Shown here: one piece after another, positions 54,513-64,000 of the stretch
How positions within the stretch are numbered: the stretch's first letter is position 1
How the letters are laid out: each line of letters opens with the position of its first letter
Assembly (NCBI RefSeq): GCF_006345805.1
Contig: NC_043002.1
Span: 81,158,001 to 81,222,000 of the forward strand
Length of the DNA: 64,000 nucleotides
Direction of reading: 5' to 3'
From: Octopus sinensis
Lineage: Eukaryota
Notes under the pieces: model-generated
Databases searched by the model: none
Told to the model about the DNA's origin: nothing
The model's input: only the letters and a program-made list of their open reading frames with translations
Program-made: the position numbers and the translations under genes

Positions 54513-55349
54513 GTAAGAAGACGCCAAAGTGTGACACCTTTGTCCTCTTTGCCTTGACATATGTTGACCGAAGAATCATCAAATTATAAAGCGTAGCCAT
54601 CAGTCCCATACATTTCATCTCATATTTTACGAGACACAATTGTAACCTTCCTGCACGATGATGGATTTATCTCAAGATAGTTTCGAAAACAACAGTCTAA
54701 AAATTTATTCCAGAAAACTTTCGTGAACAATGACAACCAGCGAAGACTTTGAGTCATCAAGAGGTCCTCTTTGTGGTCATTGTGGTCAATAGACCAGTTG
54801 GAAATAGCAGTCAAATCTTCAAATTACGTCCTATTGTTTAAAGAAAGATACAGTTGGATAACATAATATTAAATACACTATGTTTGGGTATGAGGCAGGA
54901 TGGTCAATGCTGGAACACCGTTGGTCATAGGTCTGCTTGAACAGAGCTAACTTGGAGTTAAACAGCAACAACAACAGCCCAGACAACTTACAGAGCCTTT
55001 TGTATTACCGTTTCACCTTATTACTCTCATTACAGTAGAGTCGGACTACCTGCAGCTGGCCAAATTGATACAACGCCGAATTGCAAACTGAACGGTCAAT
55101 GGTTCGTTTCTTATCAGTGGACCATCAATATTTCCATGAACAAAATTCTCAACTTTTGAATAAATCAATTTACGACAAACTATTATTTCAGTTTTACCAC
55201 TTTTCATGAAGGTTGCATACTTCCGCCAATTTTCTTTCTCGTGAACTGCAGGCCTTCTAGCATTACCGTATCACATGACACCGGCTTCCATACATTGAAA
55301 CTGAAAGGCAAAATCATCAATAAAAGAATTGTCAGAAAATCAGGCAAAA

Positions 55350-55700
55350 TTCTTTGCTGTGTTTGATTAAAGCTTTTTACATTCTGAGATCAAATCCCGC
55401 CGAGATAATTTACTTTTCACCATTTCGAATTCTATTAAATAAGTACCAGTCAAATACTGGGGTCGATGTAATCGGCTAGACCCCCCTCCTATCAGTAATG
55501 CTAAGTTTGTGCTAGCAGGCAGAATCGTTGCCGCACCATCTTTACGTTCGGAGTTCAAATTCCGCCGAGGTCAACTTTACCCTTCATTTTGGGGTCGATA
55601 AAATAAGTACCAGTAGAGCATTGGGGTCGATGTAATCTACTTAGTCCTTTCCCGAAACTGCTGTCCTTGTCCCAAAATTTAAAACCATTATTAATGAGTG
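55350..55700 (+). mobile_element. Two SINE family B copies
   Basis: gagttcaaattccgccgagg and aagtaccag...ggggtcgatgtaatc blocks repeated. Confidence 0.85.
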
Positions 55701-56216
55701 AGAGAGCAGCGCATGCCATCAAAGTGACACTGGGGTAAGATATATGAAGCCCAAGATACCCATGAGTACCCGTCTGATAAGGGTATACCAGGCACATGCA
55801 TCACAGCCATATATGCACGACATGGTGATCTCATATCAAGATAAATAGCGCATGATATTGCAGGTAGGACTGAGTATCTCATCCCGTTCAAAAGGTCCTG
55901 AATGAGGTTTGTTTAAGGATGATGAACGAAACACCCACGTTTCCAGAGTTAAAATTATTCAAATCCCCAAAAATTTCCCTAAACACATGGCTATGATGCT
56001 CCCACAATACTGTTCCTGATCAGAGATGCATATATCGTCAGCCATTAAGGGACATGCTCAACTAGTTACGGTCAAACTGACAAGCAAATCTGTGGTATTG
56101 AGCAAGATATTTCCTGTAGCCGATCTTTTATACCAAGACAAAACATGTATATGTACACTTCCAATCAGTTAAGATCAAAAGCCATGGGAGCAACTGTCTA
56201 GCACTGCATCGGGGCA
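55695..56216. repeat. About 520-bp likely interspersed repeat, class unknown, ending at (ATT)n
   Basis: Non-coding complex block bounded by a SINE tail and a microsatellite; resemblance to an abundant octopus repeat is recalled, not verified. Confidence 0.45.
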
Positions 56217-56219
56217 TTA

Positions 56220-56265
56220 TTATTATTATTATTACTATTATTATTATTATTGCTGTTGTTGTTGT

Positions 56266-56304
<39 letters not shown>

Positions 56305-56361
56305 CAGCAGCAGCAGCAGCAGCAGCAGTAGCAGTAGTAGTAGTAGTAGTAGTAGTAGTAC

Positions 56362-56414
<53 letters not shown>

Positions 56415-56415
56415 A
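56220..56415. repeat. (ATT)/(GTT)/(AGT)/(AGC)n compound array
   Basis: Direct reading. Confidence 0.95.
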
Positions 56416-56829
56416 GCTGCTACAAGGGATGATGTCGAAGATGATGATGATGTCATCGAAAACGATAAGACATTGATAACATGATAATGCTCACAGGCAG
56501 GGTAGGGGGACACGACGACGGTCAACGAACATGGAGTAAAGAAATTACATGGTGGTGGTAGTTGTGGTGGTGGTGGTGATCAAAAAAGCCGGCTGGATTC
56601 TGAGTTGAAGTTGCCGTCTAGAATGAGTTAATTAACCTCTGCCATTTCACAAGGCAAACAAGTAGAAAGTTGAGGTTTCAAATCCAGGTGTCCCTACTCA
56701 TCTTTAAACAAATCATCAAAAACCCCTTTTTAAGTTGGACTGACCAACGGTCAACGTTGAAAATAAACAGACAACACAGAGGAGGAATGATTAAGAAGAT
56801 TTCTCCAGCAGCTCTCAATTGCCCTTTCA

Positions 56830-57970
56830 TCTCACACATACACAAGCACACATATAGAGGATATAATGGCACTCAAGCGAAAGAGACACATACACATACG
56901 AACAGCATACATAGGCACTCAAGCAAAAGACAGACACACACAGACACATACGTACAACATATATATACATAGATACAGACACATGCACACTCACATACAC
57001 ATACACACACACTTATACAGAGCATACATACACAATCATGCAAAAGAGAAGCACATATATACATACAGCAGAGACACTCAGACAAAAGAAAGGTGCACAC
57101 ACATAACACACACACACTCACGGGCACTTTACAACATACGTACACACATACACACATATACTCATGTACATAGAGAGACACGTATTCGCTTACGCAAGTT
57201 CACAGATATATGTGCATACACATACATACATATCAAACCCATATCACATCATCTACATACGTGTATACAGGCGTACGCGTACAATCATATACACACTTAT
57301 ATGTACACATTAAACACACTCACACTCACTCATAAATGTCATATACACTGATGTATACATAAAAATACATTGATGCTTACATACACACATACACTCAATA
57401 TAGATATTCACGTGTAGCTACACTCAAACACAAAGGTAAACAGAAATACAGGTTCAGGCACTCATACTCACACATAATCGCACTCACATACACACATTCT
57501 CTCACACATCCATATACATATGCACAATCATGTACACAAATACACAAACATATTCACTCAAACACACACATATACACACACACTCACGCTCACACAGACA
57601 TACACACACACGCGCGCGCACAAGCATACAAATATATACCCACGCTCAATTACATCCATTCGCTCTCAGACTCATAAACACACGCATTCATACATATACA
57701 TACATAGATACATGCATACACACATACATACATATAATCACATACATTCACACACACACCAACACACACACCCACACACACATTCACATACACACGCACA
57801 CACAAACATGCACATAGACTCCAACAGAGACACAGTCATACACACCTAACACACACACACACACACATGCTCAGGCACCCATAAATACACATATACTGAC
57901 AATCATATACATTCAGACATACATACACGCCTTTATAGACCTGCAATCATATCCATACACATACACACAT
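56830..57970. repeat. About 1.1-kb cryptically simple CA/TA-rich tract
   Basis: Direct reading. Confidence 0.85.
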
Positions 57971-58044
57971 ACGGGGTGCTCATTGTTACCCTGAACAACA
58001 GCAGTTCTAACCAACATTCATGCAGGATCATTCGAGTTTTGTGG

Positions 58045-58117
<73 letters not shown>

Positions 58118-58206
58118 ATAGAGTGCATTATACATACATGCCAGGAGGCATTATACATACATGCCAAACGCTAAGCGTTTTATATATATAAAACCTCTTA
58201 GCGTTT

Positions 58207-58262
<56 letters not shown>

Positions 58263-58931
58263 AACAATATAATAAATAAAACATATGCATACATACATAC
58301 ATATATGTACATACCTACATCTATATGTATATATTCATGCATATATGAGTACAGGACACCACAAATAAACGTAGAACACAACGAGAAACGAAAACATAAA
58401 ACCAAACAAGGAAACGGACTTTTTTTTAACAACGAAAAAACAGAGTACAAGACAACCAACACAAGGAACATTACCCTTCTTCAGCTGCCCTTGTTTCGAC
58501 TCAATCTGTTTGTGTGCGCGCGCGAGCGCGCGTGTGTGTGTGTGTGTGTGACATTTGTCCCTGGTAGTGGATGGACATGGAGCGAGTTATTGTGCGAGAC
58601 AGCGATGACCCCTTGAAGTCGTAGGTGGTGACTTCAGTGACAATGGACAACGAGTGAGAATGGGAGGCGAGGGTAGGAGAGATGAATGAGGTATGAGTGA
58701 CGGTGAGAGGGAGAGGAGACGAGGTGGGAGACAGGCTGAGAGAAAAAGGTGCAGGGTGTTTCAGAGGTAAACCTGTGTTTAGAGTGTTTGTGTGTGTGTG
58801 TGTGTTTGTGTGCGTGTGTGTATGTATGTATGTGTGTGCTATAACGAGAAATAAGTGTGAAGGTGGTGGGAGAGAAATAAGTGTACAGTGATTTGAGGAA
58901 GTGAGACGGGGTCAGAGAGAAAGCAATGCAT

Positions 58932-58971
<40 letters not shown>

Positions 58972-59443
58972 AAGTGTAGAGAGAAAGTGATTGTGAAAAG
59001 AAGATTGATAGATAGAAAGAGGGAGGGGGAGAAAGAGAAAGAAAGAGAGAGAGAGAGAGAAAGTGTGTCTGTGATAGAAGCGTAGAGAGACAGAACAAAG
59101 TGTAGGAAGAGAAAGAAACAGAGAAAGAGAAAGCAAGGGAGGATGTGTGAGTGACTTTGTGTGTGTGTGTGTGTGTGTGCGTGTGTAATAGACGGAGAGC
59201 AGTGGAGAAGGGATGACAAAAATAAATAAAAGAGATTTTGTGGTTTAATCCCAGGTCAACTCCGGTGGAACATGTGTGTGATCAAAGGCATTCCAACTGC
59301 AAATACCTCGTCCTTTAGAAGTGGTTGGACTGAATTACGTAATATAAATCTATTTCGTATCTAAGACGTTTGAGGGTGATTTGCGAAAGATTTGACTGCT
59401 ACTTTTAGAAGATCGAACGTTTACATAATGGCTCCATCGTTGT

Positions 59444-59475
<32 letters not shown>

Positions 59476-59600
59476 AATTTTGTGAAAGAGGACAACAATC
59501 GCCACGTATAACAAGCATCTCAATTTATTTTATTTACACTTTTTACGGAGATGTATTTGCATAGCAAGTGACCTGATCTGAGATCGTGTGCTGGAACGAA

Positions 59601-59863
59601 AACAATTGCAGCGAGGATGTTGTTTATAAGCCATTTAAGAAACACAAAAACTGTTAGATTCACTTCAACATTTAAATTTAATTTGCTAAGATATTTTCGT
59701 CGCTTTGAGACCGCGACCTCTTCACTGACAAAATTCCGTGCTGCATCGTGGTCTCAAAGTTACGAAAATATTTTAGCAAATTAAATTTAAATGTTGAAGT
59801 GAATCCAACGGTTTTTGTGTGTTTCTTAAATGGCTTATAAACACCTTCCACACTGCAATTGTT
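59601..59863. repeat. Inverted repeat (arms about 116 bp, 29-nt spacer) containing a hammerhead-like motif
   Basis: Arms 59601-59716 and 59746-59863; motif on the minus strand at 59680-59735. Confidence 0.88.
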
Positions 59864-60047
59864 TATTTACACTATTTCATATTAATCTTAAATTAGTTTA
59901 TATCTTACACACCAATTTCTGGGATATCCCAAGTGAAAGGCGAGTATGCCTGAAAATGAGGTATTCCATCATCAGAGACAAGTAGAGAATATATGAAAGT
60001 TCTAGATATGGAAATATTCAGATAAAACATCTAGCCATGGAAAATTC

Positions 60048-60220
60048 GCAGATAATAAGCAATGAAATAGACGAATAGAGAGTAAGGAAATAAGAAATTA
60101 CCTTGGATTTTTACCTATGGACATACGGATTAACATCCGTACCCTCTGAAAAATGAACTGTGAACTTTATTTCCTTATTTCCTTACTCTCTAATATTCTA
60201 TTTTATTGCTTGTTATCTGC
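60048..60220. mobile_element. MITE-like hairpin (about 52-bp imperfect arms)
   Basis: Arms 60048-60098 and 60169-60220; inner hairpin TACGGAT..ATCCGTA. Confidence 0.55.
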
Positions 60221-60223
60221 AAG

Positions 60224-60459
60224 TATTATGGCACCATTCACCAACTTAAACAAGGAGACCGTTCAGAAGAGTTTCAGGAGATTCCGAAGTCGTCTGGAGG
60301 CTGTGGTTGAAGTCAATGGTGATTTTATTGAATAAATTTACTCTTTAGTATTTCAAGATATTTTTAATGTAATTTTGGTAAATATATCTGTTAAAATAAG
60401 ATGTCGGTGTTATTTTCATTTTTGCGTAATTTAGACGACAGTTTATTCACCGCACCCTG
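60224..60459 (+). mobile_element. 3' end of the same DD37D/maT family as 36890-37683
   Basis: MAPFTNLNKETVQKSFRRFRSRLEAVVEVNGDFIE* plus right TIR ...TTATTCACCGCACCCTG|TA. Confidence 0.88.
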
Positions 60460-60511
60460 TATATATGTGTGTATGTATGTATATATACATATATACGTTT
60501 ATATATAGATA

Positions 60512-60559
<48 letters not shown>

Positions 60560-60560
<1 letters not shown>

Positions 60561-60715
60561 TTGCGATGGGTTTCTTTTAGTTTCCGCCTATCAGATCCAC
60601 TCACTTCAGCTGATCCGAGGCTATGGTAGAAGACGCTTGCCCATGATGCCACTTAGTGGAACTGAACATAGAACCATGTAGTTGAAAAGCAAACTTCTTA
60701 CTACACAGCCACGCC
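60560..60715 (-). mobile_element. SINE family A 5' half
   Basis: Reverse complement gaggcgtggctgtgtagtaag...ggttctatgttcagttccac...gggcaagcgtcttctacc. Confidence 0.8.
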
Positions 60716-61157
60716 TCTGTGTGTGTGTGTGTGGAGGGGAGTCAAGGGTAAGAGGTAGAGTGTGTGAGTTTCTAATAGAAAGAAATATGGAGAAGCGGGG
60801 TACAAATATGGTGAAGAAAAAGAGACGATTAGAAAGTGAATATAAGGGAGAAATTTAATGCACGAGACATACTTGTATGTTTGAGAAACCCGCTTCGAGA
60901 CCACGGAGGTTTCAGGTTCAGTCCTACCGCGGAGCACCTTGAGCGAGTGTTATTATATGATAGCCCTGAACCGATTAAGTCCTAGATGAAAATTGTGCGG
61001 AGGGCCACTAAGTGTGCTTGCATACGTACGTTATATATATGTGTGTGTATGTGTATATATACATATATATGTATGTGTGTGTGCGTGCGTGTGTGGAGAG
61101 AGAGTGAGAGAACGAGAGATTCTTACATATATTTGCTTATATACATAAGTATGTATG

Positions 61158-61200
<43 letters not shown>

Positions 61201-61272
61201 CATAAGAGAGTTAAATACCAAGCATAAAAAAATATTTATAGAGATAAATAGATAGATAGAGAGAGAGAGAGA

Positions 61273-61306
<34 letters not shown>

Positions 61307-61629
61307 ACCAGACAGACAGATTGATTATTAAATTGATTGATTGATTGATTGATGGATTGATTGATTGCTTGGTTAGTTGGTTGGTTGGCTGGTTGGCTGG
61401 TTGGTTGCATTGTTGTTTGTCTATTGGTTGCTTGGTTGATAAAAAAAGAGAATGAAAAAGTGAAGAAAGAAAGAAAGAAAGAAGCAAACAAACAAAGAAG
61501 GAAAGAAATAAAAGTAAACCTGAAGGCAAAAGGAAGAGGAAGAGGTAGAACAAAGGGTTTCTTCAATGCCAAAAGAAAGAAGTATGAGAAGTGTAGGAGG
61601 GAACGAATGTTTGTGTGCATGTATGTATA

Positions 61630-61670
<41 letters not shown>

Positions 61671-61730
61671 TTATGTATGTACATATGTATGTATGTATAT
61701 ATAAATATGTATATATGAATGTATGTATGG

Positions 61731-61765
<35 letters not shown>

Positions 61766-61859
61766 GCACGTATGATATGTATATGTGTATGAATGAAAAT
61801 ATGTGCTTGTGAATGTATGTACATATATAGATAGATAGATAGATAGATAGATAGATTAG

Positions 61860-61978
<119 letters not shown>

Positions 61979-62528
61979 TAGTTGTATGTGTGTGTGGATG
62001 TTATTATGTATATAGGGTGGGTGGTACTCATGATTATCAAAGAGCTTTATCGAAAGTTTTCCTCTGTACATTTGAAGAAAACCCTAGTGCGATGGTCGTC
62101 GTCCGCTCTGCCATTTATTCACCAAGCGAGTTCTTCACCTTTTGCCAGTCGTGACAGAGGAAAATTCCAAAACAAAAGTCGCCAACATCTGCAGACATAT
62201 TTCACTTCTTGCCTTCTCTCCATACCATGCTACCTTTCATCATACACAGCCTTTCATCTCTTGAGTTCCTATCTCTAAAAATTTCATTTTCATTCTCTAC
62301 ATTTCCACCGCCATCACCATCAAACCCCATCCACATACACAGGCGCGCATCGCTCTCTTTCACACACACAGACACACACACACACACACACATACACACA
62401 CACAACCAACTACCAATACCTCCGACCCGCCATCACCATTTCTCTCATTCCCCACTATCTCTTATTGGCTCTCTCCTTTTTTCTCTCTCTTTCTGTCTCA
62501 ATCACTTTCATTCTCTCTCTCTCTCTCT

Positions 62529-62578
<50 letters not shown>

Positions 62579-62636
62579 TCTCAGTCTCTTCTTCTCTTCT
62601 TCTTCTTTTCTCTCTCCCTCCATATATTATAATCTG

Positions 62637-62673
<37 letters not shown>

Positions 62674-62716
62674 ATATATACATATATTAATATATATACA
62701 TATGATATACATATAC

Positions 62717-62786
<70 letters not shown>

Positions 62787-63199
62787 TGTTCAGATAGATA
62801 TACACACATAAACATACAGTATATTATATATATGATAGATACATATACCTATAATAATATGTATGTATGCTTGTATATATGTGTGTATGCACATGTACAC
62901 ATACATGTATACATGCATATGCACAGATAGGAGATAAATCATAGTTATTCTCTCTCTCTCTCTCTTTCTTCCTCATTTTCCCTCACTCTTTCCTTTCAAC
63001 CTCTCTCTCTCTCTCTCTCTCTCTCTCATTCACTCTTTATCTATTTCTCTCACTTTCTCCCTCACCGATTCGCTCGCTCTAAGTTTCTCCTCAACTCAAT
63101 CACTCACCTACCTACTATTTTTACCAAATTCAAAATGCTCTCCTTTATTCATTCTACATCTGACGTAAGAACCGACCTGACCGCTTCCCCACTTCCACA

Positions 63200-63247
<48 letters not shown>

Positions 63248-63758
63248 ACACACATACACACACAGACACACACAAGCACAGAAAACGACTATCATATGAG
63301 CAAACTGTAAAAATGAAAATAACCACACACACACACACACACAACAGAATGTGCACACAATCACACAACCACACAGCCACACACACACACACACACACAA
63401 GAAATCATACGCATGCATGCTTAATTAAAAGCTCACGCGCAGACATTTACACATATATGAAGAAGCATAGGTATACATACATACATACATACATACATAC
63501 ATACAAATACACGTACATTCACACTCGCATTATATAATACACAGACTCATTCAAACCTTCAAATACACTCAATTGAACGCAGGAGACATGCGACATAATA
63601 GGCATATCTCTCTCCCCCTCTCCCTCTCCCTCCCCTTGTTTCTTCGTGTCTCTCTCACGCCCCCTCTCTCTCCCTCCCTCTCTCTTTTCTCCTACTCTCT
63701 TCCTCTGATTCTCAACTCCACTTCGGTCCATGTCTGTCTTCCTATCTCTATGCATCTT

Positions 63759-63851
<93 letters not shown>

Positions 63852-64000
63852 ACTCGCCATTTCTTTCTCTTTCTTTCATTCTTTCTTCTTAGTATCTTCT
63901 CAAATATTCGATCTGCCTGTCCTTCTTCTTTCTCCTCTCTCTCTCTCTCTCTCTATCTGTATATATTATACAACACACATATATATATATACACATATAC

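Overview
AT-rich metazoan DNA that reads as intron or intergenic sequence, saturated with simple repeats and with a 100-N gap at 43581-43680. The microsatellite load and SINE types suggest a coleoid cephalopod, probably Octopus (inference). Almost every long ORF in the supplied track is a microsatellite translation. No complete host gene can be identified; there are only a few unnamed candidate exons, the best being a Kozak-initiated reading frame running into the gap on the minus strand. Recognisable elements are decayed TE pieces: an RTE-type LINE 3' end with three C2H2 fingers, an R4/Dong-like LINE scrap, a Penelope-like RT fragment, a DD37D/maT derivative, Tigger and mariner MITEs, and four tRNA-derived SINE families. 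The most interesting signal is a set of minimal type-I hammerhead ribozyme motifs from several unrelated repeat families. Two have fully intact cores (29065-29110 on +, 49978-50012 on -). One forms the tail of a tRNA-headed SINE, and several sit in Penelope-style inverted repeats.
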